Shown piece after piece: positions 9,097-19,037 of a stretch of 64,000 bases of DNA. Under the pieces are notes generated by a model, which worked only from the letters and a program-made list of their open reading frames with translations, did not search any database and had not been told where the DNA came from. The position numbers and the translations under genes are program-made. Position 1 is the first letter of the stretch; each line of letters starts with the position of its first letter. The DNA is from Myxococcota bacterium. GTDB taxonomy: Bacteria > Myxococcota_A > UBA796 > GCA-2862545. The DNA lies in the NCBI GenBank assembly GCA_039208735.1, contig JBCCQY010000014.1:1-64000 (forward strand), written 5' to 3'.

Positions 9097-12000
9097 ATGA
9101 GTCGCATCACGGCACCATTCGCCGGTGTGTCCGGCGTGGTGGAGTACCAGGCAACGGCCGACGACGGCACGCCCATCGACGGGCCGCGCGTCGCCATCAT
9201 CGCGCGCATGCACGGCAACGAACCCGTTGGTGACGGCGTGCTCGTACGCTTGGCATCGCTCATCGACCACCTCAAGTGTGGGTCCATCGTCGCGATCCGG
9301 GCCAACGAGCGTGCGGCGTCCCTCGACGTGCGCCATACGCCTGATGGCACCGACATGAATCGGATGTGGGATCGGAAGACGCTTGCGAGCATTCGGGCGA
9401 TGTCGAGTGAGCAACGAAGCTACGAACAAGCCCGAGCTGCGGAACTCTCCCCGATCCTGTTGGCCTGCGACGCGGTGCTCGATCTGCACTCGACCTCCCG
9501 ACCCTCCGAGCCGTTCTTGGTGTTCCGGGACGACCAGCGACATGCCACCTTGGCGCGAAAGTTGGGCGTGCGGCGGCTCGTGACGGGGTTGCACGAGAAC
9601 TCGATTCTCGATGGGGGAGTGGCGTCCAATGTGGGGATCGGGCCCGGCCGTCGCAGCAAACGCCTTGGCTTCACGTTTGAAGCAGGCCAACACGATGCGC
9701 CTGGCAACGCAGAACGCGCCTGGCACGTCACCGAGCGCTTGCTTGCGGAGCTTGGACTCATCGAGGGCATGAGCCCTCCGGTGACCGAGACGGGTGAAGT
9801 GTTCGAGGTCGTGGATCGGTTTCGACAGATGCCGGCGAACCTCGAACCCTATCGCTTTGTCGGCTACGAAGGCGGAGAGCCTGGCGGGGGACGCCGCGGA
9901 GCTCCTCGTCAGCTCCATTCCTTTGAAGACATCGAGGCAGATGAGATCGTGTTGCGACGAGGTCGCACCGAGGTGGTGCGTGCCCGAGGTCCCTTCACGA
10001 TGCTCATGCCCGCGCCGACCACGGCTCCGGGCACCGATCTCTACTACGTCACGCAGCAACGCCAGGGCGGGCTTTCCGAAGGGGTTCCGCGCACCGACGA
10101 AACCGCGCGTACCGAGGCGCTCGCGATCGAACGCATGCTGGACCTCATGGCGGATGATGAGTTCGAGCGTGGGTCTTCATGGGTTGCCTTCGACGCCCGG
10201 CGCCTCTTCGACCTCTGCGGAAGCATCGTGGCGCGAAGCCTCCGTCTGCCTCCCGGGCACCCCCATCGCCAGATTACGGTGATGGGCCGAGGAGATGCGG
10301 GTGGGGCCGAAGTAGAACGACGGTTTGGACACCGTTATCGCCAAGCCATGCGTGCTGCGGTTCGGGAAGGCCTTCCCCTCGAGCGGTTTCAGCTGTTGCG
10401 AGGCGCTTCGTTGCGTTGGATCGAGGCGATGACCAGCGAACGGATGCAGGCCTTGTTGTCCCGTCGCCAGGCTCGTTTTGATGGGCAAACCCCCCCGGTA
10501 CGGCTCCGGGTCTCCGTTCGGCAGCCCCACACCGCCTCGCTACTCGTTGCGGGAAACCTCGATCATGCCCTTGAGACAGGTGACATGCGCCACGTGCGGG
10601 TTGCCTTGCTTGTAGAGGCGGCCACCGTCGAACCCGTGGGTGCCTCGGCGAGGTTGCGGGTCCAACGTACGGGCATTGTTTCGGCACGGCGCGAGGTGGT
10701 GCAAGCGGCTCGGGCGTTGCTCCGAACCCTCGTGCGCGAACATCGCGATCAGATCCGACATGGGGTGCTGCGCGACGAATCGGTCATCGATGCCCTGCGG
10801 CTCGACGACGATGCCATCGAATGGACCTCGGACGGACTCCGACTGTCGGAGTTGCGGGGAGCCTTGCGCAGAGTCCAGCTTCGACTGTGGTGCGACCAAT
10901 TGCTCGGTGCGCTGCCCGTGCCCGTGGTGTTGCCGGACGAACCCTCGCTCGGTCGCTGGATCGCGAGAACCATGGCCCAAACCGGCGTACTCGATCCTGA
11001 GGCAATCCGGGCCATGGCGGTTGTGAAGGATGGCCCTGGCTTTGTTGCCGACCCTGCGCGCATCGATGCATTTTATGCTTCGGTGTCTGAACACGGTGAA
11101 ATTCCTGCCTTGTTGACAACACCGCACCTTCCCCCACACGCCCCCGCCCAGCCGTTGTTCGCCGATCAGGTCGACGCCGATGAGCTTGAACGTTGGGTCG
11201 GATGGAAGCGTTTTGTGCGAGGCGTCCAAGTGGTGCCTGACACACGGGGCAAGGACCTCGATCTGGCCTTCACCCTGGATGCGATTCGGTCCCGGCTCCT
11301 GAATTGGTTTGAGGCCGCCCATGTCGATGCGGCAGACGCCCCCGGCGAGGTGATGGTGGTCATCGCGGGCGATGGGTTGAACCCCCAACGCGACCGGGTG
11401 GATCAGGTGGCCGACATCTACGAAGCCCATCGTCGATGCCTCGTTGATCCCAACGTGGCGTACCTGCGAATCCAGCATGCCCAAGGCACCCATCTGTCGT
11501 GGATGCGCGACTTCCTGGCCGCCTGTCGGGAGCGTCCAAACGGCGGCGCACCGCTTCGGCTCCAACTCGAAGCTGAGCACGGCGCGACCGTGAACGTGGT
11601 GCTGGTACTGGTTCGCGACCCTGCGGTCACCGATCCCGCACCCCTGCATCCGCTCGACGGGTGGACGATCGAGAAATGCGGGGTGATCCTCGCCGATCTC
11701 GAACGGTCAGCGACATCAGCTCCGTTGGCGTGGTTTACCGAGGTCGATGCAAACGGCGTCAACCAGGAACTCCTCCACTTCGGACGGTCGCACTGCGAAG
11801 GCCTCTGGCTGCACGGTCCGCCCGTGGCCGAAGCCACCGTGGACGCGTTCGAAGAAGACTTGGTGGGTCAGATCGCAGGCTGGATCGACCACGTTCGGAT
11901 GTGGCGACGCAAGAGCCGGTCGGTGCCCCGCGACCTTGAAGCCCGCAGCCGTTGGGTTGCGAAGCGCCTAGGCCTCTACGACGCTCGTTTGGCTCGACTC

Positions 12001-12147
12001 CTCGCCCGACACATGGACGACGAACGTCCGGCCCTGGAAGCGGCGCGTGGACTCTGGAATGGTGTCCCACCATGGCCAGGGGAGCGAGGGTTCGTCGCCC
12101 CGGCTCCTGAGGCCCCGATCATTCCCCCTGCGGCTCCAGCGCGATGA
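9097..12147 (+). CDS. Succinylglutamate desuccinylase/aspartoacylase (M14) family protein with large unknown C-terminal region
   Basis: AGGAG precedes ATG 9097. Motifs HGNE, DMNR, LDLHS and FEAG lie in the first ~200 aa. Confidence 0.8.
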   Translation: MSRITAPFAGVSGVVEYQATADDGTPIDGPRVAIIARMHGNEPVGDGVLVRLASLIDHLKCGSIVAIRANERAASLDVRHTPDGTDMNRMWDRKTLASIRAMSSEQRSYEQARAAELSPILLACDAVLDLHSTSRPSEPFLVFRDDQRHATLARKLGVRRLVTGLHENSILDGGVASNVGIGPGRRSKRLGFTFEAGQHDAPGNAERAWHVTERLLAELGLIEGMSPPVTETGEVFEVVDRFRQMPANLEPYRFVGYEGGEPGGGRRGAPRQLHSFEDIEADEIVLRRGRTEVVRARGPFTMLMPAPTTAPGTDLYYVTQQRQGGLSEGVPRTDETARTEALAIERMLDLMADDEFERGSSWVAFDARRLFDLCGSIVARSLRLPPGHPHRQITVMGRGDAGGAEVERRFGHRYRQAMRAAVREGLPLERFQLLRGASLRWIEAMTSERMQALLSRRQARFDGQTPPVRLRVSVRQPHTASLLVAGNLDHALETGDMRHVRVALLVEAATVEPVGASARLRVQRTGIVSARREVVQAARALLRTLVREHRDQIRHGVLRDESVIDALRLDDDAIEWTSDGLRLSELRGALRRVQLRLWCDQLLGALPVPVVLPDEPSLGRWIARTMAQTGVLDPEAIRAMAVVKDGPGFVADPARIDAFYASVSEHGEIPALLTTPHLPPHAPAQPLFADQVDADELERWVGWKRFVRGVQVVPDTRGKDLDLAFTLDAIRSRLLNWFEAAHVDAADAPGEVMVVIAGDGLNPQRDRVDQVADIYEAHRRCLVDPNVAYLRIQHAQGTHLSWMRDFLAACRERPNGGAPLRLQLEAEHGATVNVVLVLVRDPAVTDPAPLHPLDGWTIEKCGVILADLERSATSAPLAWFTEVDANGVNQELLHFGRSHCEGLWLHGPPVAEATVDAFEEDLVGQIAGWIDHVRMWRRKSRSVPRDLEARSRWVAKRLGLYDARLARLLARHMDDERPALEAARGLWNGVPPWPGERGFVAPAPEAPIIPPAAPAR

Positions 12148-14122
12148 TCACGTCTCCGTCGCGGACCTGCTGACCGATCGTGCCGTGCACCGCAGTGACG
12201 GTGCCGCTCGCGCGGGCGGTGAGCCGGGTCTCCATCTTCATGGCTTCGACAACGGCAAGCACCTGGCCTTCGTCCACTGCATCGCCCACCGCAGCGTCGA
12301 TGCGAACGAGGGTTCCCGCTACTGGCGTTCTCACCTCGCTCGGGTCATCGTCTCGTCCCGCATCGGGGTAGGGACTGGGCTCGAAGAAGGCTACGGGGCC
12401 CCGACCGAAGTCGAGCAACCACCCGCCGTCCACGGCCCATCCGGTGACCGGGCGATTCACCGCGGGCAGGTCGTCGTTGAAACGCAGTCCCACGCGACGC
12501 CGAACTTCATCGTCGTCGGTGTCCCCTGGGAGGTCCATCAGGGTGACTTCGTAGGCTACCTCTCCGCCTTCTACCACCACGACGCCAGGGCCTTGCCCTT
12601 CTACCCGGAGCGCTCTGACCTCCTCGCCCACCTGAAGCGACACGTCGACGGTCATTCCGTGGGCGCTACGGAACCAATCATCGGCGGCATTCGCGACCCA
12701 GGCGGCGGCCATTGCCCAGTCCCCGTCGGTGAGGGCGACCGGTTGCAGGAGTGGGTGTTCGTCGGACAGCCACTGATCGAGGGTTCCTGTGGTGATGGAG
12801 GCTTCGATGAACGAGGCATCCGCGAGGAGTCCGACGAGAAAGGGCTGGTTGGTGGTGAGCCCGACGACCGGCAGATCTTGCAGAGCCCGGTGCAACCTCC
12901 GGCGGGCTTCCTCTCGGTCGCGGCCGTAGGCCATGACCTTGGCGATCATGGGGTCGTAGAACGGAGTGACGACATCGCCCTCGCGCACTCCGGCATCGAT
13001 GCGAACCCCGGGCCACGCGGTGGGCCGGTCAGGCCGAAAGTGGCGGACGGGACCGGTCTGCGGCTGAAACCCCTGTGTGGGGTCTTCGGCGTACAAGCGT
13101 GCCTCAATGGCATGACCCGTCAACGCAATCTCGGCTTGGGATAGCGGCAGGGGCTTGCCCGCAGCCACCTCGAGTTGCCACACCACCAGGTCTTGGCCCG
13201 TCACCATCTCGGTCACCGGGTGTTCGACCTGCAATCGGGTGTTCATTTCGAGAAAGAAATACCGACCGTCGCGGCCAAGGATCATTTCGACCGTACCGGC
13301 TCCGCGGTACCCAATGGCTTCGGCCGCTCGCACGGCGTCGGCCCCCATGCGAGCCCGGAGGTCGGCATCAACCGCTGGCGATGGGGCTTCCTCGATGACC
13401 TTCTGACGGCGACGCTGGGTCGAGCAGTCGCGTTCGCCGAGGTGAACCACGTTGCCATGGTTGTCGGCGAACACCTGGACCTCGACATGCCGCGCATGCT
13501 CGACGAACGCCTCGAAGAGCACCGTACTGTCGCCAAATGCGCTCGCGGCTTCGCGCTGGGCGCTCGCTACGGCCTCTGCGAGTTCCTCGGCGCTGCGCAC
13601 GAGTCGCATGCCGCGTCCTCCGCCCCCGGCGGTCGCTTTGACGAGCAACGGAAAGCCGACCTCACGAGCGGCGTCGATGAGCCCGGCCTCGTCGAGGTCA
13701 TTGGGCAGCGGGCCCGGACTTCCTGGCACGACCGGCACACCTGCCGCAGCCATGCGCGCTTTTGCGTTGGCTTTGTCGCCCATGGCGCGGATCGCCTCGG
13801 CGGGCGGGCCGATAAATACGATGCCCGCTTCTTCGCATGCGGCTGCAAACTCGGCGTTTTCGGAGAGAAATCCGTAGCCGGGATGAATCGCACCGGCTCC
13901 GGTGGCTTTGGCGGCTGCCAACACCGCGTCGATGCGTAGATACGACTCCGCGGCGGGCGGCGGTCCAATGCGCACGGCCGCATCGGCGAACGCGACGTGG
14001 AGCGCATCGGAATCCGCGTCGCTGTAGATGGCGACGGTACGGTAGCCAAGACTCCGCGCGGCAGTGATCACGCGAACGGCGATTTCTCCGCGGTTCGCGA
14101 CGAGTACGGTGTCGAACGGCAC
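12119..14122 (-). CDS. atuF: Biotin-dependent acyl-CoA carboxylase alpha subunit (geranyl-CoA carboxylase AtuF-like)
   Basis: Motifs VANRGEIA, HPGYGFLSEN, EMNTRLQVEHPVTE and biotin site EAMKME. Family is certain; the atu assignment rests on gene order. Confidence 0.8.
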   Translation of the reverse strand: MPFDTVLVANRGEIAVRVITAARSLGYRTVAIYSDADSDALHVAFADAAVRIGPPPAAESYLRIDAVLAAAKATGAGAIHPGYGFLSENAEFAAACEEAGIVFIGPPAEAIRAMGDKANAKARMAAAGVPVVPGSPGPLPNDLDEAGLIDAAREVGFPLLVKATAGGGGRGMRLVRSAEELAEAVASAQREAASAFGDSTVLFEAFVEHARHVEVQVFADNHGNVVHLGERDCSTQRRRQKVIEEAPSPAVDADLRARMGADAVRAAEAIGYRGAGTVEMILGRDGRYFFLEMNTRLQVEHPVTEMVTGQDLVVWQLEVAAGKPLPLSQAEIALTGHAIEARLYAEDPTQGFQPQTGPVRHFRPDRPTAWPGVRIDAGVREGDVVTPFYDPMIAKVMAYGRDREEARRRLHRALQDLPVVGLTTNQPFLVGLLADASFIEASITTGTLDQWLSDEHPLLQPVALTDGDWAMAAAWVANAADDWFRSAHGMTVDVSLQVGEEVRALRVEGQGPGVVVVEGGEVAYEVTLMDLPGDTDDDEVRRRVGLRFNDDLPAVNRPVTGWAVDGGWLLDFGRGPVAFFEPSPYPDAGRDDDPSEVRTPVAGTLVRIDAAVGDAVDEGQVLAVVEAMKMETRLTARASGTVTAVHGTIGQQVRDGDVIIALEPQGE

Positions 14123-14123
14123 G

Positions 14124-14921
14124 TCAGGACTCCTCTGCCCAGCTGGGACGTCGCTTTTGAAGGAATGCGGTCATGCCTTCAACGGCTTCAGCTCCGCGCG
14201 CCGCCTTCGCAAAGACCTGGGCCGCGGCATCGATCTGGGCGTCATCGACGGGTGGTACCAGCGTAAGGAACAGCCGCTTGGTGGCGGCGGTGGCTTCGGG
14301 TCCCCCACGGCGCAACGCGGTGATCGTGTCGTTGAGCAGGGCATCGACATCGTCCGCCACCTCGTGAACGATGCCTCGTGCCAAGGCCTCGTCGGCCTTG
14401 AGACGAGCGCCAGTCAACGCCAGTCGCTGGGCCTCTGCGACCCCCAACCGACGAGCGAGGAAGGGAGCGATCTGTGCAGGCACAATCCCCAATCCCGTCT
14501 CTGGCAGCCGAAAGTCGACGGTTGGCGAGGCCAGCGTGATGTCGGCTGCGACAGCCAGGCCGAATCCTCCGCCCATCACCACGCCTTCACAGACTGCGAC
14601 CACCGGCAATGAGACCTTCACCATCGCATTGGCGAGGTGGCCAAAGCGGGCATTCAGCGCGGCGACAGGATCCGGTGCTCCAGGTCCTGCTGACGCTTGA
14701 CGGGCCTTGGCCATGTCTTGGATGTCGCCGCCCGCGCAGAAGTGGCCGCCCTCTCCACGCAGCACCACCATGCGCACCGAGTCGTCGGCTTCAGCATGGG
14801 CCAAGCCCTCGAGCAGCCGATCGACCATGATCTTAGACATCGCATTGCGCACCTGGGGCCGGTTCAACCGCAGCGTGCAAACGCCATTTTCCGTCGTGAC
14901 AACGACTTCGGGCGCGCTCAC
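14124..14921 (-). CDS. atuE: Enoyl-CoA hydratase (isohexenylglutaconyl-CoA hydratase AtuE-like)
   Basis: Motifs LNRPQVRNAM, FCAGGDI, GGGFGL and LPETGLGIVP. GTG start overlaps the upstream stop. Confidence 0.8.
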   Translation of the reverse strand: MSAPEVVVTTENGVCTLRLNRPQVRNAMSKIMVDRLLEGLAHAEADDSVRMVVLRGEGGHFCAGGDIQDMAKARQASAGPGAPDPVAALNARFGHLANAMVKVSLPVVAVCEGVVMGGGFGLAVAADITLASPTVDFRLPETGLGIVPAQIAPFLARRLGVAEAQRLALTGARLKADEALARGIVHEVADDVDALLNDTITALRRGGPEATAATKRLFLTLVPPVDDAQIDAAAQVFAKAARGAEAVEGMTAFLQKRRPSWAEES

Positions 14922-16072
14922 TTGGCTCGACGGGGAAGCGTGCCTTCTTCCTTCGCGATGATGCCGAGCATGATCTCGTCGGCGCCGCCCCCGATCGACG
15001 TGAGCCGAGCATCCCGGTACGCACGGGTGATCCAGGATTCCTTCGAATAGCCCATGCCCCCCCAAAACTGGAGGCACTGGTCCGTGACTTCGCGACAGAG
15101 CGTGCCCGCCTTGAGCTTGGCCATCGACGCGAGCTTCACGACGTTCTCACCGTTCACGTAGGCTTCGGTGGCCCGGTACACGAGCGACCGGAGCAACTCG
15201 ACTTCCGTCCGCAGTTCGGCCAGCTTGAAGTGCACCACTTGGTTGTCGAGGATGGGACGCCCAAATGTGGTGCGCCCTCGCGTGTACTCGATGGTCTTGT
15301 CGATGCAGCGGTCGAGCATCTTCAGGCAGTTGGCCGCGCCCCACAGCCGCTCTTCTTGAAACTGCCACATCTGAATGGCAAAGCCGAAATTCTCTTGGCC
15401 GATGAGGTTGCGCTTGGGCACGCGAACCCCGTCGAAGAAGAGCTGGGCGGTGTCGCTCGACCACATGCCGAGCTTTTCGATCTTCTGTCGCTCGATCCCC
15501 TTTTCATTGAGCGGCACGATGATGAGGGACTTGTTGAGGTGGGCTTTGCCATCGGACGTGTTGGCGAGGAGGCAGCACCAATCGGCCTTCATGCCATTGG
15601 TGATCCACATCTTGGTGCCATCAATGATGTAGTCGTCCCCATCCGAGCGCGCGACGGTGCGAAGCCCGGCCACGTCGGAGCCCGCATTCGGTTCGCTGAC
15701 GCCGATACACCCAACCAGATCGCCGGCCAACGCTGGCTTCAGGAAGGACTCCTTGAGCTCCTCCGAACCGAACTTGGAGAGCGCAGGCGTGCACATGTCG
15801 GTCTGGACGCCGATGGCGAGCGGAACGCCACCGCCGTTGCAGGTGCCCAGCGCCTCGGCCACGACCAGGCTGTAGGAGAAGTCGAGCCCCGACCCGCCGT
15901 ACTCCTCGGGGAACTTCACGCCGAGAATGCCGAGGTCTCCGAGCTTCTTGAAGACTTCGTGCGTAGGGAAGTGGCCTTGATCCTCCCACTCATCCATATG
16001 GGGGTTCAGTTCGTTGTCGACGAAGTCCTCGACCGTCTTCGCCAGCATCTGATGTTCTTCGGTGAACTGCAT
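14918..16072 (-). CDS. atuD: Acyl-CoA dehydrogenase (citronellyl-CoA dehydrogenase AtuD-like)
   Basis: MQFTEEH start and motifs VSEPNAGSDV, GTKMWITNG, QFWGGMGY and IGGGADEIM. Confidence 0.82.
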   Translation of the reverse strand: MQFTEEHQMLAKTVEDFVDNELNPHMDEWEDQGHFPTHEVFKKLGDLGILGVKFPEEYGGSGLDFSYSLVVAEALGTCNGGGVPLAIGVQTDMCTPALSKFGSEELKESFLKPALAGDLVGCIGVSEPNAGSDVAGLRTVARSDGDDYIIDGTKMWITNGMKADWCCLLANTSDGKAHLNKSLIIVPLNEKGIERQKIEKLGMWSSDTAQLFFDGVRVPKRNLIGQENFGFAIQMWQFQEERLWGAANCLKMLDRCIDKTIEYTRGRTTFGRPILDNQVVHFKLAELRTEVELLRSLVYRATEAYVNGENVVKLASMAKLKAGTLCREVTDQCLQFWGGMGYSKESWITRAYRDARLTSIGGGADEIMLGIIAKEEGTLPRRAK

Positions 16073-16092
16073 TCTTGGGCTTCCTTTGCGGT

Positions 16093-17706
16093 CTAGAGAC
16101 GAGCGACGCCAAAGGTGTTGGGCTTGAGTGTGCGACGGCGGCCCGCGTGAACCACCCCAAGGCACAGGGCGAGAATCTCGCGGGTGTCGCGGGGGTCGAT
16201 CACCCCATCATCGAACAGGCGGGCCGTGCCAAAGAGCACATGCGCTTCGGCATCGAGCTGGTCGTGCAGTGGCTTGACGAAGGCGGCTACATCGCTTTCG
16301 ACCGGCGTCCCTCCCGCCCGGGCGATCTTGGCCATCATCACCATCTTCATGACGCCAGCCGCCTGTTCACCGCCCATCACGGCCGTGCGAGCTGACGGCC
16401 AACTGAAAATGAAGTCCGGGTCGAAACCCCGGCCGCACATCCCGTAGTTGCCCGCGCCGAAGGACCCGCCAAGCACCACCGTGATCTTGGGAACCCGCGA
16501 GTTCGCGACGGCCTGAATCATCTTGGAGCCGTGTTTGATGGCCCCTCGCGCCTCGGCCTGGGTGCCGACCATGTAGCCGGTCGTGTTCTGCAAGAAGACC
16601 AACGGCACATCGGACTGGTCGCACAGCTGCATGAACTGCGCCGCTTTGGTGGACCCGTCGGGCTGAATGGGTCCGTTGTTCCCGATCAAACCGACCGTGA
16701 AGCCATCGATTCGTGCATGCCCACACACCGTCTCGGGGCCGTACCCTGCCTTGAACTCCAGGAACTCCGAGGCGTCAACGAGATGAGCCACGATGTCGCG
16801 TACGTCGTAGGGCTCCTTGGGGTCAGCGGGCACCGCACCCAGCAAGTGCGAAGGATCGAAGAGGGGAGGTGCGGGTTCAGCATCGCGCTGTACGTCGAAA
16901 GGCCAGCGGACTTTATCGACGACCTCTCGGGCAATCGCGATGGCGTGTGCGTCATCCTCGGCGAGGTACTCCCCTAGCCCCGTGACGGTGGCGTGCAGCT
17001 CGGCGCCACCTAAGGATTCTTCGTCGGCTTCCTCGCCAATCGCCGCCTTCACGAGCGGGGGACCCGCAAGGAAGATCTTCGAACGGCCTCGAACGAGGAC
17101 GACGTAGTCCGACAGCCCTGGCATGTAGGCGCCCCCGGCCGTCGAACTGCCGTGCACCACGCAAATCTGCGGAATGCCCGCCGCCGAAAGGCGTGCCTGG
17201 TTCGCGAACGACCGGCCTCCCTGGACGAACATTTCGCCTTGGTACTGCAGGTTTGCTCCGCCACTCTCCACCAGGCTGATCACGGGCAGCTTGTGGCGAG
17301 CGGCAATCTCTTGGAGCCGCAGGCCTTTGCGAAGGCCCATGGGAGAGATCGTGCCGCCCTTAATCGCGCTATCGCTGATGCTGATGGCGACTTGCTTGCC
17401 GGACACCCAACCGAGGCCGGCCACCATTCCGCCGCCCATGACCGTCTTGGTGCCGTCGTCATCGTGCATCCGCAGCCCCGCGAGCGTGGCGATCTCGAGG
17501 AACGGAGCGCCACGGTCGAGCAACCGCGCAAGCCGCTGACGGGGCAGCAATTGGCCCCGCTTCTCGAACTTCGCGCGTTTGGCGTTGGAGGCATCGCGGA
17601 CGAGGCCTTCGAGATGTCGGACCTCTTCGAGCCACCCCAACATCTGCTGGGCGTTGGCCTCGAATGCGCTCGACTGGGGCTGGATCTTCGACCGCAGCGC
17701 GGGCAT
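16093..17706 (-). CDS. atuC: Acyl-CoA carboxylase beta (carboxyltransferase) subunit, AtuC-like
   Basis: Motifs LVESGGANL, GSSTAGGAY, FLAGPPLVKAA, QNTTGYMVG, GAGNYGMCGR and DDGVIDPRDTR. Confidence 0.82.
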   Translation of the reverse strand: MPALRSKIQPQSSAFEANAQQMLGWLEEVRHLEGLVRDASNAKRAKFEKRGQLLPRQRLARLLDRGAPFLEIATLAGLRMHDDDGTKTVMGGGMVAGLGWVSGKQVAISISDSAIKGGTISPMGLRKGLRLQEIAARHKLPVISLVESGGANLQYQGEMFVQGGRSFANQARLSAAGIPQICVVHGSSTAGGAYMPGLSDYVVLVRGRSKIFLAGPPLVKAAIGEEADEESLGGAELHATVTGLGEYLAEDDAHAIAIAREVVDKVRWPFDVQRDAEPAPPLFDPSHLLGAVPADPKEPYDVRDIVAHLVDASEFLEFKAGYGPETVCGHARIDGFTVGLIGNNGPIQPDGSTKAAQFMQLCDQSDVPLVFLQNTTGYMVGTQAEARGAIKHGSKMIQAVANSRVPKITVVLGGSFGAGNYGMCGRGFDPDFIFSWPSARTAVMGGEQAAGVMKMVMMAKIARAGGTPVESDVAAFVKPLHDQLDAEAHVLFGTARLFDDGVIDPRDTREILALCLGVVHAGRRRTLKPNTFGVARL

Positions 17707-17806
17707 GTCGCTCCCTTCGGTTCGCAAGGGGCATCATATCCACGTCCGCTTGCCGCGTGCCGAGCCACTCCTTACGGCAGACGCCCCGGAATGGCGGAGG
17801 GACATC

Positions 17807-18256
17807 GTGGACTGGTTCGAGCAGGACGTCGACCTCAGCGCGGCGCAAGCTGCGTTCATCGCGAAGGGCATGCGCACGGTAGCCACCGCCGATGGGCTGG
17901 TGCACCAGCGCGAACTGGCTCTGATAGCGGCCTTCGAGTCCGAACTCGATGAGGAGGTTCCGAACGAGGCGCCGGACCTGTCGTCCGATGATGTGCGGGA
18001 GACGTACCTTCGCTCCCTGATCTTGGTCGCCTTGGCCGATGGTCGAGTGAGCGAAGCCGAACACAAGGTCATTGTGGAGCTGGCGGCCGAGGTGAACCTC
18101 GAAGCGGATCACGTCAGCGAGTGCGTGCTGCTCGTTAAACGACGGTTCTTACAGGTCTTTGCGGGGGTCAACATCTTCCGCGACGCCGTGGTCCAAGTCG
18201 CCGACGAACTCGGACTTCCCGCTTCCGAGGTGGATGCATTGCGCCAGGAGGCCTGA
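17807..18256 (+). CDS. TerB-like protein
   Basis: GGAGG before GTG 17807. Two A-x-ADG-x-V-x-x-x-E motifs (VATADGLVHQRE and VALADGRVSEAE). Confidence 0.7.
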   Translation: MDWFEQDVDLSAAQAAFIAKGMRTVATADGLVHQRELALIAAFESELDEEVPNEAPDLSSDDVRETYLRSLILVALADGRVSEAEHKVIVELAAEVNLEADHVSECVLLVKRRFLQVFAGVNIFRDAVVQVADELGLPASEVDALRQEA

Positions 18257-18257
18257 C

Positions 18258-19037
18258 GTGGACACGCGCGAGACGGTGGATCGCCTGATCGGCACTTGGT
18301 CGATCGTCCAGCTCGCCAAGGGACATCGGTTTTCGACCGACGATCTCGTGACGGCCTGGCGAGCTTCCCTCGCGAAGCCAGAGGCGACGAGGCTTCTCGA
18401 TATGGGCAGTGGCGTGGGGTCGGTGGGGTTGTCGACGCTCTACCGAATGGGTCCGCACGCGACCCTCACCACGATCGAAGCCCAGGCCATTAGCACCGCA
18501 CTCGCTCGTAAATCGGTACGCCTCAATGGCCTCGAGGATCGGGTCACGGTGTTGGATGGAGACCTGCGGGATCCGTCCGTGCTGGCCGAGGGGCAGTGCT
18601 TCGACCTCATCACAGGTTCTCCGCCCTACATCCCACTTGGGTCGGGCCTGCTTTCGCCCCACCCCCAACGGGCCGCCTGCCGCATCGAGCTGCGGGGATC
18701 GGTCTTCGACTACTGCGAGGCTGCCAAGCGCTGGCTTGCGCCGGGCGGTCGTTTCGCATTTGTGATGCTCGCTGCCGACCCGCGCACCGAGGCCGCGCCC
18801 ATCGAGGCTGGACTTACCGTGGTGGAGCGCTGGGAGTACGTGTTTGGTGCCAACCGCGACCCCCATGTGGCCACCCTGGTCTGCGGACACGCCGAAGAAT
18901 CCCTTCCTGAACGGGTCACCGGTCGGTTGGTGATTCGAGGAGCGGATGGCGAATGGACGCCCGACTACGACGCGTTTCGCCGCGACATGGGGGTCATTCA
19001 GCCCGCGCAGGGCGCCGAGGATACGACCTCGGCATGA
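18258..19037 (+). CDS. SAM-dependent methyltransferase (tRNA1(Val) A37 N6-methyltransferase-like)
   Basis: Motifs QLAKGHRFSTDD, LDMGSGVGSVG and TGSPPY. Confidence 0.8.
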   Translation: MDTRETVDRLIGTWSIVQLAKGHRFSTDDLVTAWRASLAKPEATRLLDMGSGVGSVGLSTLYRMGPHATLTTIEAQAISTALARKSVRLNGLEDRVTVLDGDLRDPSVLAEGQCFDLITGSPPYIPLGSGLLSPHPQRAACRIELRGSVFDYCEAAKRWLAPGGRFAFVMLAADPRTEAAPIEAGLTVVERWEYVFGANRDPHVATLVCGHAEESLPERVTGRLVIRGADGEWTPDYDAFRRDMGVIQPAQGAEDTTSA

